A stretch of 64,000 bases of DNA from contig JAYVSV010000029.1 in the NCBI GenBank assembly GCA_043775015.1, positions 6,818 to 70,817 on the forward strand, in the 5' to 3' direction. Position numbers and translations under genes: made by a program. Shown here piece after piece: positions 1 through 10,000 of this stretch; position 1 is the first letter of the stretch; each line of letters starts with the position of its first letter. The notes beneath the pieces were generated by a model. The model saw nothing but the letters and a program-made list of their open reading frames with translations, had not been told where the DNA came from and ran no database searches. This DNA is from Verrucomicrobiota bacterium. GTDB taxonomy: Bacteria > Verrucomicrobiota > Verrucomicrobiia > Limisphaerales > CANJXF01.

Positions 1-2
1 GC

Positions 3-176
3 AACACCGCCGCCGTGGTTGAAAGGCTGATCCAGCTTGCCGAACATCCAGAGCTGCGACAAAAATTGGGCAATCGCGGACAACAAATCGTAAAGGAAAA
101 TTTTTCCGCCGATCGCATGGTGGAAAATATTTATGAACTTTATTTAAAACTCGGTGCCCCGGAGCAACGCGCGTGA
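3..176 (+). CDS. Glycosyltransferase (GT4-like) C-terminal fragment, truncated by window edge
   Basis: Frame 3 reads NTAAVVERLIQLAEHPELRQKLGNRGQQIVKENFSADRMVENIYELY...*, a typical GT-B/GT4 C-terminal helix. Its TGA overlaps the GTG of the next gene. Confidence 0.7.
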   Translation, partial: NTAAVVERLIQLAEHPELRQKLGNRGQQIVKENFSADRMVENIYELYLKLGAPEQRA

Positions 177-1147
177 TTTTCCCTCTCAACATTTATCTGA
201 TCGCATTCACGGCGGCGCTGCTCACCACCTGGCTGACTCGATCGCTCTGGCGCAAAGAGTTTTTGCGCGTTGGTTTGGTGGATGATCCAGGCCAGCGAAA
301 AATTCATCATAGCCCGGTTCCACTTTCTGGCGGTTTCGCGGTGATGACCGGCATCGCGGCACCCATCATTTTAGCCGCTGTGATTATTTTCCTTAGCTCG
401 CCTGGCGCAAAATCCTTTGCGCTCCTTCGACACGGATTGGAAAAACGCGGACTTGAATTAGCTGCGATTTTTCTGGGCGCGATTGGAATGCTCTTGCTCG
501 GATGGATCGATGACAAACACGAGTTGAGCGCGAAGAAAAAATTCACCGGGCAATTCTGCATCGCGCTGCTGGTCGCTGCGGCCGGGGTGAGGATTACGCT
601 CTTCGTTCCCAACATTTTATTTAGCTACGCCATTACCATCTTGTGGATTCTCACGGTGACAAACGCCTTCAATTTCATGGACAACATGAACGGCCTTTGC
701 TCGGGAGTCGGCTTGATCGGCGCATGGTTTTTCGGACTCAGCGCCGCCGCCGATGGCCAATATCTCGTCGCGATTGTCGCTTTTGTGACGTCGGGTGCTT
801 TGCTCGGATTTCTTCCACAAAATTTTCCAAAAGCGTCCGCGTTCCTCGGCGATGCCGGCAGTCATCTCGTCGGTTTTCTTTTGGCTGTTCTTGCGATTCT
901 TCCGCATTTCTACACACCACAAAATCAACGAACCTGGGCGGTGCTCCGGCCGTTGCTGATTTTGGCGATACCGCTCGCTGATCTCGTTTTTGTGGTGATC
1001 TTGCGCTGGCGCATGGGCAACCCCTTTTACATCGGCGACAACAACCACTTTTCCCATCAATTGGTGCGGCGAGGACTGAATCCGCTGCGAGCAGTTCTTG
1101 CTATTTGGCTGGTGGCGACGCTGTTGGGTTGGTTGGCGTTACTTTAG
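173..1147 (+). CDS. Undecaprenyl-phosphate HexNAc-1-phosphate transferase (MraY/WecA/TagO family)
   Basis: Multi-TM protein with RKIH..PVP..GG, GWIDD, NAFNFMDNMNGL, FLGDAGS and HFSH motifs. Confidence 0.9.
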   Translation: MIFPLNIYLIAFTAALLTTWLTRSLWRKEFLRVGLVDDPGQRKIHHSPVPLSGGFAVMTGIAAPIILAAVIIFLSSPGAKSFALLRHGLEKRGLELAAIFLGAIGMLLLGWIDDKHELSAKKKFTGQFCIALLVAAAGVRITLFVPNILFSYAITILWILTVTNAFNFMDNMNGLCSGVGLIGAWFFGLSAAADGQYLVAIVAFVTSGALLGFLPQNFPKASAFLGDAGSHLVGFLLAVLAILPHFYTPQNQRTWAVLRPLLILAIPLADLVFVVILRWRMGNPFYIGDNNHFSHQLVRRGLNPLRAVLAIWLVATLLGWLALL

Positions 1148-2978
1148 TCTTCTCAGGCTGGGTTGTATTAATCAAATCGCTGCTGGCCGCAATCGCCTCG
1201 GAAAGCAAACCCAACGCTTCAGCGCGAACCACCGATCCGACCAGGCGATTTTCTTTGAACGTATTTACGACAGGAACATTGCGTTGTTCGCTCGCCAGCA
1301 GCACCGGCAAGGCGTCGAGCAAACGCTGGTTGGGGGTCAGGTAGGGCGGTACCGGACGCATTACGTCGTAAGCAATAATCGCATTCAGCTCCTGGCCGGC
1401 GTTGAGGTATTCTTTCAAATCTTGCAAAGCAACGACGCCAAGCAAACGTTGTTTGTCGTCCACCACGGGCAGGAAATTATTTGCGCTCGTCAGAAACCGA
1501 TTCGCAATTTCACCCAGCGTGGCAGTTTCAGAAACTGGCGCGACCGGTGCTTGCATCAGATCGCCGACCGTTTCCTCAGTCGCAGCACCGGCACGCTTGT
1601 TTTCTGATTCCAGCGCAAGTCCTTTTTGTCGGAATGGCTCGGTATAAATCGATTCGGGATGGAATCGGCGTGCGACCAAAGTTGAAACGACACTCGCCAG
1701 CATGAGCGCGGGCATGAGCGAGTAATTCAACGACATCTCAAATACCATGATCATCGCGAGCAATGGCGAACGTGTCGTCGCGGCCAGAACACTTCCCATT
1801 CCTACTAAAGCAAAAACGCCGATCGGCATCTCTTCTCCGAACCCGCCCCAATAGAGAGCTTTGCCGAACAACGCGCCGAGTCCTGCACCAAGAAAAAGAG
1901 TCGGTGTAAAAACACCGCCGACTGCGCCAGAGCCAATCGAGAGCACGGTCGCTACAAGTTTCGCGAGAAAAATGGCAATGAGCAAATTGACTTCGAAGTT
2001 GTTGTGCAGAATATCGTTTGCCACGGAATAGCCGTTGCCCCACACCTGCGGAAAATAAATCGCGATGATCCCGACCAGAGCGCCGCCAATCGCCAGTCGC
2101 GCAAACAAAGGAATATTCAGGAGTGAAAAAAACTCCTCGCTTCTCCGCAACATTTTCATAAACAGGACGCCAAGCCCTCCCGCGAGCGCGCCCAGCAAAA
2201 TGAACCAGGGCAGTTGTGTGACGCTGGTAAACTCGAACCCCGGCATGGAATACCACGGGGTAATGCCGAAAAAATTTCGCGACAACATCGAAGCAATCAC
2301 GGAGGAAAAAACCAGCGGCGCGAAAAGGTTCATCGAAAAATTTCCAAGAACAATCTGCGCGGCGAAAACGGCACCGGCAATCGGCGCGTTGTAAGCGGCG
2401 GCCAAACCGGATGCAGCGCCACAGGCCACGAGTAACCGCAGCCGATACGGATGCCAGCGGGCGAGTTGCCCCCACTTCGATGCGAGCATCGCGGTGAGTT
2501 GCGTAATGGCCCCTTCGCGTCCGATCGACGCTCCTGTGGCAATGCTCACGAGAGAAGAAAGGCCACGAACCAACCCCGAGCGGAACGGCAATCGCCCGTC
2601 GCCGGCCACCACCACTTCGAGAAAATTTGTTGTCCCTTGTTTACCGGCCAACCGGAGGCCCCAGTAAAGAATTGCGCCAGCCACCAGACCACCGAGCGTT
2701 GGAATCAAGAAGCGCTGCCAACTGTGAAGCGATTCCGCCATGCGAACCGGATCACGCGCTTCACCAAAAATGAGCGCTTGGGCGAGGCGGACACCACTGG
2801 AGAAAATAAGATTGGTGAAACCGCCGATAACCCCGACGACCCCAGCGAGCAGGAGGTGAAACGCTTCTTCACTGAAAAATATTTTTTCACGTATCGCCCA
2901 GATTTGTTTCAGATTATGGCGGACAAACTCCTGAATGGTTTTAAGATGAGGCTCAAAAAAATTTCGCCAGGAATTCAC
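1101..2978 (-). CDS. ClC-family chloride channel/antiporter with C-terminal CBS domains
   Basis: GREGA, GLAAAYNAPIAG, GGVFTPTLFLG and SIYT motifs, plus a C-terminal CBS pair (LPVVD, VPVVN). Confidence 0.92.
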   Translation of the reverse strand: MNSWRNFFEPHLKTIQEFVRHNLKQIWAIREKIFFSEEAFHLLLAGVVGVIGGFTNLIFSSGVRLAQALIFGEARDPVRMAESLHSWQRFLIPTLGGLVAGAILYWGLRLAGKQGTTNFLEVVVAGDGRLPFRSGLVRGLSSLVSIATGASIGREGAITQLTAMLASKWGQLARWHPYRLRLLVACGAASGLAAAYNAPIAGAVFAAQIVLGNFSMNLFAPLVFSSVIASMLSRNFFGITPWYSMPGFEFTSVTQLPWFILLGALAGGLGVLFMKMLRRSEEFFSLLNIPLFARLAIGGALVGIIAIYFPQVWGNGYSVANDILHNNFEVNLLIAIFLAKLVATVLSIGSGAVGGVFTPTLFLGAGLGALFGKALYWGGFGEEMPIGVFALVGMGSVLAATTRSPLLAMIMVFEMSLNYSLMPALMLASVVSTLVARRFHPESIYTEPFRQKGLALESENKRAGAATEETVGDLMQAPVAPVSETATLGEIANRFLTSANNFLPVVDDKQRLLGVVALQDLKEYLNAGQELNAIIAYDVMRPVPPYLTPNQRLLDALPVLLASEQRNVPVVNTFKENRLVGSVVRAEALGLLSEAIAASSDLINTTQPEKTKVTPTNPTASPPAK

Positions 2979-3038
2979 TTTTTAAATCCTAAAATCTTTT
3001 TGGCCGTTGACGAGCGTTGAAATGCGCAAAGGACGAAT

Positions 3039-4355
3039 TCAAATCGCACCTCCCCACCAGTGCAGCGCGAGGGTTGCCAGTCCGAGAAAGAAAAAGAACC
3101 CGGCGACATCGGTCACAGTTGTTACAAAAATGCTGGAAGCGAGCGCGGGATCAATCTTGGCCGCTTTCAAACCAAACGGAATCAGCACTCCGGAAAGCGC
3201 CGCAGCAACCATGTTCAACAGCATCGCGAGTCCAACGACGAATCCGAGAACGGCCTGCCCTTTCCAAAGATAGCTGATCACGCCGACGACCAGCCCGATC
3301 GCCAGGCCATTCGCAATTCCGAGCAAAAGTTCTTTGAGCAACGCCTTCCGCCCGTCACCCCGGGAAATTTCCCCGAGAGCCAGGTCGCGAATAATGACCG
3401 TCAAAGTTTGCGCGCCGGAATTACCACCCTGCCCCGCGACAATCGGGAGGAAAATCGCGAGCACGGTCCAGCGCGCAATGGTTTCTTCGAAATATCCCAC
3501 GACCGCCGCCGCGAGAAAGGCAGTCGCAAGATTGACATAAAGCCACGGCAAACGAGTGCGAATGGATTTACGCCACGGCGTCAGCGCTCGTTCTTCTCCT
3601 GAAAGACCCACCATCAACTGCATGTCTTCAGTAGCCTCGTCCTGCGCCACTTCGATGAAATCGTTTGCGCGAACGATTCCAACCATGCGACTTTCTGCGT
3701 CGAGGACCGGCAGCGCGAGATAATGATAATGCTCGAACTGCCGGGCGATTTCTTCCTGGTCCGCATCGACCCTTACAAAGCGAACGCCCGGGTTCATGAT
3801 TTCCTGGATGCGTCGCTCCGGCTTTTTGAAAACGAGATCGCGCAATGAGACCACGCCTAAAAGTTTTTGCGCCGCGTCCATCACGTAAAGATAAGAAACA
3901 TCTTCACTCTGCACTTCCTCGCGTGAACGCAACATTTCCTGGCACTGTTGGACGGTCTGATCAGCGCGCAACGCGATGAACCGATCACTCATGATTCCGC
4001 CCGCCGTGTCCGCCGGATATTGCAACAAGGCGTTGACACGCGCCGATTGATCGGGCGGAAGATCAGCCAGGGTTTCAGCGCGTTGTTCCGCCGTCAAATC
4101 CCCCGCCACATCCGCAGCGTCGGTGGAAGACATGCGTCCGAGAAAACCAGTCACCTGCTCTGACGAAAGGGTTGAGAGTAATTTCGACGAAGGTTCGTGC
4201 TCCAATTCGGCGATGGCGGCTGCCGCAACCGACGACGGGAGTTGAACCAAAATTTCGTGCGCCTCCCAAACGGGCAGACGCTGCAGACGATCCGCCAGAT
4301 CCGCAGGATGAAGCTGCAGATATTCTTGAATTGAATTTTTCGATTCGGTTTCCAT
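3039..4355 (-). CDS. mgtE: Magnesium transporter MgtE
   Basis: N-domain HPADLAD, YPADTAGGIM CBS pair, RLPWL, GQGGNSGAQ and DPALASSIFVTTVTDVAG. Confidence 0.95.
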   Translation of the reverse strand: METESKNSIQEYLQLHPADLADRLQRLPVWEAHEILVQLPSSVAAAAIAELEHEPSSKLLSTLSSEQVTGFLGRMSSTDAADVAGDLTAEQRAETLADLPPDQSARVNALLQYPADTAGGIMSDRFIALRADQTVQQCQEMLRSREEVQSEDVSYLYVMDAAQKLLGVVSLRDLVFKKPERRIQEIMNPGVRFVRVDADQEEIARQFEHYHYLALPVLDAESRMVGIVRANDFIEVAQDEATEDMQLMVGLSGEERALTPWRKSIRTRLPWLYVNLATAFLAAAVVGYFEETIARWTVLAIFLPIVAGQGGNSGAQTLTVIIRDLALGEISRGDGRKALLKELLLGIANGLAIGLVVGVISYLWKGQAVLGFVVGLAMLLNMVAAALSGVLIPFGLKAAKIDPALASSIFVTTVTDVAGFFFFLGLATLALHWWGGAI

Positions 4356-4516
4356 TCCGTTCCGCTACGTCGATGAACAGTACGAGTGGATTGCGTAAAT
4401 TGTCCAGCGGGAGAAAAAAATTAATGGGCACGGCCAAGGTTCTGCCTTCCGGGTTCCGCGTGCTGGCAGTCCGGTGGAGGCCAATAATCCGCCGCAAGTC
4501 GCGCTTGTATTCCCAC

Positions 4517-4604
4517 ATCCCGAATGGACGACTCGATAATAGCACGGCGTTTCAACGCCGGGTTTCGATTTGCAACGTGACAAGTCCCGAAGAGACGGCT
4601 GAAA
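4517..4604 (+). repeat. REP module copy 1 (three-hairpin unit) directly upstream of the transposase
   Basis: ATCCCGAATGGAC..AATAGCACGGCGTTTCAACGCCGGGTT..GTCCCGAAGAGACGGCTGAAA, the same unit as at 5121, 5284, 5454 and 5617. Confidence 0.85.
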
Positions 4605-4611
4605 TGCCGCC

Positions 4612-5058
4612 ATGTCCTATGTGAGTTCGTATCACCATTGCGTTTTCAGCACCAAAGAACGCCGTCCACTCATCACCGCGCCATTGAGAGAACGACTCTG
4701 GCCATTTCTCGGCGGCATCGCGCGGCAAAATAAAATGTGCGCCCTGGAAATCGGCGGCGTGGCAGATCATGTGCATATTCTTCTCTCGACGCCCGCCACC
4801 ATGCCCATCGCCAAAGCCATGCAACTTATCAAAGGCGGTTCCTCGAAATGGATTCACGAGAATTTTCCCGACCAAAGATTATTTGCGTGGCAGGAAAAAT
4901 ATGGCGCGTTCAGCGTCAGCGTTTCGCAACTCGACACCATCATCGCCTACATCAAGAAACAGCCGGAACATCATCGGAAAATGACGTTTCAGGAAGAGTT
5001 CACGGCGTTGTTGAAAAAGCACAAGATGGAATACGACGAACGTTATTTGTGGGATTAA
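4612..5058 (+). mobile_element. tnpA: IS200/IS605-superfamily Y1 HUH transposase, REP-associated (RAYT/TnpA-REP-like)
   Basis: H(C)VFSTKER, HUH motif DHVH, IKGGSSKW, FAWQ..YGAFSVS and catalytic YIxxQ. No tnpB; flanked by palindromic repeats. Confidence 0.92.
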
Positions 5059-5120
5059 TTTTCAGTCGCGAATTCCCGGCACGAAAGAATATCGCGTGAA
5101 ACCCCAAATAAGAATCCCCA

Positions 5121-5703
5121 ATCCCGAAGGGATTTCCGAAAATAGCCCGGCGTTTCAACGCCGGGTTGGAATGAAAATGAAACGAGTCCCGAAGGGACGG
5201 ATGAGAACGATCCTTTCACATCGAAAATCGGAAGGACGTTTTGGAAATAATCGGATGAATTTGATGACGTTTGTTCGTGAAAATTTCAGCCGTCCCTTCG
5301 GGACTCGACATCTTGTCGCGTGGAACCCGGCGTTCAAACGTCGGGCTATTGTCAGATGTTCCTTCGGAACGGGCATGGAAGAATTTAAATAACATGGAGC
5401 CTCGCAAAAAATGGATGGTGAAAACTCCGCGATATTCGCGAATCGATTTTTCAGTCCCGAAGGGGACGTTCCGAAAATAACCCGGCGTTCAGCGCCGGGT
5501 TGGAATGAAAATGAAACGAGTCCCGAAGGGACGGATGAGAACGATCCTTTCACATCGAAAATCGGAAGGACGTTTTGAAAACATCGGATGAATTCGATGA
5601 CGTTTGTTCGTGAAAATTTCAACCGTCCCTTCGGGACTCGACATCATGTCGCATGAAACCCGGCGTTCAAACGCCGGGCTATTGTCAGATGTTCCTTCGG
5701 AAC
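5121..5703. repeat. REP/REPIN array: four ~87-bp modules as two inverted pairs, duplicated with 333-bp period
   Basis: Modules at 5121-5206(+), 5284-5370(-), 5454-5540(+) and 5617-5703(-). Block 5121-5370 is nearly identical to 5454-5703, including the spacer. Core hairpins are GTCCCGAAGGGAC and CCCGGCGTTTCAACGCCGGG. Confidence 0.92.
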
Positions 5704-5751
5704 AATTACGCAGAAATAAGCGAACGCCGTCTCGTGCCGACTTTCATTTCT

Positions 5752-6879
5752 TTATTTCGCAGGTTTATTCGTTGAGGCGGAAATTTGATTTGTTTTCAAT
5801 CGCTCACTCCAGCTTTTTTCTATTTTAGCAAACTCAAGGGGAGGATTGTAGTCCGCCTTTAGTTCGTCGGAAAGTAAACGAGCCGCTCTATGTAACGCTG
5901 GTAAATTATTTCGGCTGTCGGCCAACACGCCATGAAGAAAGGATAGTTTTTGTTCTTTATCAATATTGGTATGCCCCCACACAAATTCCACATAAGCCCT
6001 CGCAAGATCTGAAGGAACATTTTGCCAATTTTTTCCGATCTCATCCATGCCAAATAAATTTGGTTTCGCCGTTTCACGCCAATTTAGAACTTTATACGGC
6101 TTGTCGAACATGTCGTTCGCATAACTTAGTTGAATGGCAAATTTCGCCTTACGTGCTTCGGATCTCAATCTGAAATTCTCATCACCCGCCCACTTGTCTA
6201 GCCTCTGATACGCGTCTCTATCTTCGGTCTGAGCTGCAAGCACTGCCATAATGAACATCGACTGTTCGTCTAGCTTTTCGAGAAGAGATCGAGCTTCAGC
6301 TAACGTGACTTGAAGTTCATCTCCTGTTTTTTGCGTCTGTTTAGAATTTTCGTCCAGCTTTTCGACCCGATCTTGAATGTCTGCTTTGCTCTTTGAAAGC
6401 AAATCGACAAATTCATTTCGGATTGGGGCAATCTGGTTTGTGATATTCTTTTGAATCAACGTGTCAGCGATCGTATCGATTCTTTCCTTTGCTTTATCTT
6501 GGACCAACGCGGATATTTCTTTTGTGGCGAACTCAGAATCAATGCGTTTTGTAACTTCCTTCCGCAAATCATTTACATCGCTTTGCAAATCTTGCCTCAA
6601 TTTCTGTCCCAAGAGTTCGAATTCAGATTTTTGTCTCGCTTGAACACGCAAACCTTCATCTCGGAGATCGGCTTTAAACTCACTGGCCGATTTATAGGAA
6701 AAATAGATTCCTATCGCAATTAATGCACCAATTATAACTACCACGAATTTATACGCTGACCGCACCCAAGAAATTTCTTTATGAGCGTGGTCAGTTAATG
6801 AAACAATTGCGTTCGACAGATCGGTTGGGCCTTCCTTGTCAGCAACATCGGTTTTGATGTCTTTACGTTTGGTACTCAA
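5752..6879 (-). CDS. Hypothetical membrane-anchored coiled-coil protein (AT-rich)
   Basis: 375-aa ORF with one TM helix (FVVVIIGALIAIGIYF) followed by a long charged helical region. TTG start; a TTGACA-N16-TAGCCT promoter-like motif lies upstream on the - strand. Confidence 0.7.
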   Translation of the reverse strand: MSTKRKDIKTDVADKEGPTDLSNAIVSLTDHAHKEISWVRSAYKFVVVIIGALIAIGIYFSYKSASEFKADLRDEGLRVQARQKSEFELLGQKLRQDLQSDVNDLRKEVTKRIDSEFATKEISALVQDKAKERIDTIADTLIQKNITNQIAPIRNEFVDLLSKSKADIQDRVEKLDENSKQTQKTGDELQVTLAEARSLLEKLDEQSMFIMAVLAAQTEDRDAYQRLDKWAGDENFRLRSEARKAKFAIQLSYANDMFDKPYKVLNWRETAKPNLFGMDEIGKNWQNVPSDLARAYVEFVWGHTNIDKEQKLSFLHGVLADSRNNLPALHRAARLLSDELKADYNPPLEFAKIEKSWSERLKTNQISASTNKPAK

Positions 6880-6935
6880 TCGGAAGAAAGGCTAATGTTT
6901 CTCAGGGTTCTGTCAAGATACGAGCTTCACATGTT

Positions 6936-6983
6936 CACCCATTACTTGTGGAATTGTGAATAACTTACCCCTTTATATGGTGT
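6936..6983. promoter_or_regulatory. Two NrdR-box-like 16-mers (6936-6951, 6968-6983) flanking a DnaA box (6955-6963) upstream of smc
   Basis: CACCCATTACTTGTGG and CCCCTTTATATGGTGT versus NrdR consensus acaCwAtATaTwGtgt, with starts 32 bp apart. TGTGAATAA is the reverse complement of TTATTCACA. Confidence 0.5.
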
Positions 6984-7027
6984 TTTTTACCTTTACTTGA
7001 TTTCGCGGTTTTGGCTTCATTTCGCCC

Positions 7028-10000
7028 ATGTATTTGAAGAATTTGACCGCGCTCGGTTTCAAGTCTTTTGCGGACAAAACTTCCCTGAATTTCCAGCCCG
7101 GCGTGACCGCGATTGTCGGACCGAATGGCTGCGGCAAATCGAATGTTTCGGACGCGATTCGCTGGGTGCTCGGCGAGCAATCGGCCAAGGCGTTGCGCGG
7201 TGGCGAAATGGCGGACGTGATTTTCAACGGCACGGACGGACGCAAACCGCTCGGCATGGCGGAAGTTTCCCTGACGATTGGCGGCGTCGATGGCGAACAT
7301 CTGGTCACGGCGGGTGTCGAGGTAGCGTATGACGAAGTGACTTTGACGCGGCGCGTGTTTCGCGACGGCGGCAGCGAATATTTCATCAACAAAACGCCGT
7401 GTCGCCTCAAGGATGTGCAGCAACTTTTCATGGGCACGGGCGTCGGGCGCACGAGTTACAGCATCATGGCGCAGGGAAATATCACGCAGATTCTTTCCAG
7501 CAAACCGGATGATCGCCGGATGGTTTTCGAGGAAGCGGCGGGCATCACGAAGTTCAAGTCGCAGAAAAAAGAGGCGCTGCGCAAATTGGAAAGCACCGAC
7601 CAAAATCTTTTGCGCGTGGCGGATTTAATTCGCGAAGTGAAACGGCAGATCGGTTCGTTGCAACGGCAGGCGGGCAAAGCGAAACGTTACAAACAACTCG
7701 CGCAGGAATTGCAGCATCTCGACACGCAACTGGCGCGGCATCAGTTCGATGTTTTGCAGGGCGAAATCAACGAGCGCCAAGCGTCAGTGGAAAAATTGCG
7801 CGTGGAAATCGAGGTGTGTTCCGAAAGTGTTTTGCGCGGCGAAAATGAAATTGCGCAATTGCGCGAACGGCTTTCCGAACTGGAACAGCAGATCAATCAG
7901 ACACAGCAGCGCGGACTGGAATTGAAAAGCCAGATTGATCGGCACGAGAGCCGGATTCATTTCAACGAAGAACGTTTGCGAGAATTTGAATCGCAGAATT
8001 CCAAGGCGCTGACGGAAATCACGCAGTCAGAGGAGCGTCGTCTCGCGGCGGAACAGGAACTTGCCGTCGTGACGGAAAAATTGGCGGCGTCGCAAAGCGG
8101 GCTCGAAGAACAAAAGAAAAATCTGGAAACAAAACGCGCTGCTCTGAGCGGCGTTGAGCAGGAATTGTCCGCGAAGCAGGAAGCGATTCGCAAAGCGCAG
8201 TCAGATTTATTTGCTGCCGCGCAGCAACTCACCCGCGTGCGCAACGAGATCAACGCGCTCGACATGCAGAAGCAGGGCAATGTGATTCGCCTCGAAAAAC
8301 TTTCTTCGGAAAAAATCCAGTTGGAAGAGGAACGCACCCGCCTGGAAACGCGCTTGCATGAATTTGCCTCGAATGTTGAAGCGGAAAAACTGAGCGTGCA
8401 AACGCAACGCGGCACGGTTGAGCAACGACAAGAGCGCTTAAAGGAAATTCAAACCGAGCTGACGCAAATCACACAACGGCTTGACGACGTTCTCCGGCAA
8501 CAAGCGGAAAAACGTTCGCGCCTTAACGTTCTCGAACAACTGAACGAAGCGCACGAAGGCTTCAGTACTGGAACTTTGGCCGCATTGAAGACTGCGCAAA
8601 ATGTTTTGGGTTCGCTCGCCGATAAAATACAAGTTCCAAATGAATACGTCGTGGCGATCGAAGCCGCTCTCGGCCACAATCTTCAACTCGTTCTCACCGA
8701 ACAACCGGAATCCGCGCAGCAAATTCTCGGTGACCTGAATGCAAATAAAAAAGGTCGCGCCAGCATCGCGGCACTGGCGTTTAGTGGCACGGGCGTCTCG
8801 CCCGTGCGGATCTCCGAAACGACCGAATCTAACGTTCTTGAAACGCACGGGCGGGACGCCCGTGCCACTACTGCGCTTTCGATCATTGAAGCCGATTCTT
8901 CCATTCAGCCGTTACTCCAACAATTGCTCGGACAAACATTGATCGTTTCTGATTTGGCTGCGGCGGTTTCAGCTTTTCGCGAGAGTAACGGGGCGTTTGA
9001 TTTCGTGACGCAATCTGGTGAGTTGCTCAATCGCAACGGAATTTTCACCGGCGGAAACGCCAACAGCAACGGGTCTGGAAATGCGTCGTCCATCCTCGGA
9101 CGCAAAAACCAAATTACGGAATTGCAATCGGCAGCAGGCCAACTTCAGGAACAGGTCAACGAAATCAGCCGCAATAAAGGTGCGTTGCTCAGCGAACAAA
9201 CGGAACTGCAAGCGAGTTTGCAAGCGGCGCAAACGGAATTGCGCACACAGGAAGTGGCGATTGCAACACGCCAAGGGGAACACAACGCGCTGCAAAATTC
9301 GCAGCGTGTCTTGCATCAGAAAATCGACACGGTCGTTTACGAAATCACCAGTCTCGCGGCACAGGAGCAAGAGGGGAATCAAAAGCGCGAAACCTTGGCG
9401 GCGCGCATTGGCCATTTTGAAAACAGCGAGCGCGAATTGCAGGCGCAGGTCAACGAACTGAATGCAGCCCTCGAACAATTGCGTCAGCAGCGCGATGCGG
9501 CGAATGCGGCTCTGACCGAAACCAAAGTTTCTCTCGCGACCGAGGAACAACTTTGTTCGTCGTTCCGCAACCAGAAGCAACCGCTCGAACAACGCATTCA
9601 CGAATTGACGCACCTGGCTGAGCAGCGGCGGACTGAAATCGCGTCGTTCCTGAATCGCAAAGCGCAGGCGGAATCGGAGATCGCCGAGTCGCGTCAGAAA
9701 ATTGATTCATTGCAGCACGACCGTGAGCAAGTGAATGCGCAAGCTGCCGAACTCATCGGCCAAAAAGATGCGCAGGAAAATGAAGTCTCAACGCGCGAAG
9801 AAAACTTACGTGAACAACGCCGGCGCTTGACGGAAATCCAGCAGCAACGCGGTTCGCTGGAAGTTGAATTGGCGCAAAAGAACATGTCGGTGCAAAACTT
9901 GCGCGAAAAGATTCAGCAGAAATATCAGGTGAATCTCGACGACGTTCGCAGTGAGTGCATCACGATTACTTTCGCCGACGAAGGCGCAGCAAAAATTCAC

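Noticed and set aside
4356-4516. M-box (ykoK) Mg2+ riboswitch upstream of mgtE
   Set aside because: No recognisable conserved M-box sequence, and little room before the REP module.
5121-5703. CRISPR array
   Set aside because: Units alternate in orientation, the intervening sequences are duplicated rather than unique, and there are no cas genes. A REP/REPIN array fits better.
4612-5750. IS605/IS200 element with TnpB or omega-RNA
   Set aside because: There is no tnpB/iscB ORF downstream, and the flanks are multi-copy REP modules rather than single LE/RE hairpins.
5096-5828. ORFs 5096-5392, 5155-5622, 5271-5480 and 5604-5828
   Set aside because: They are translations of the palindromic repeat array with no protein-like features.
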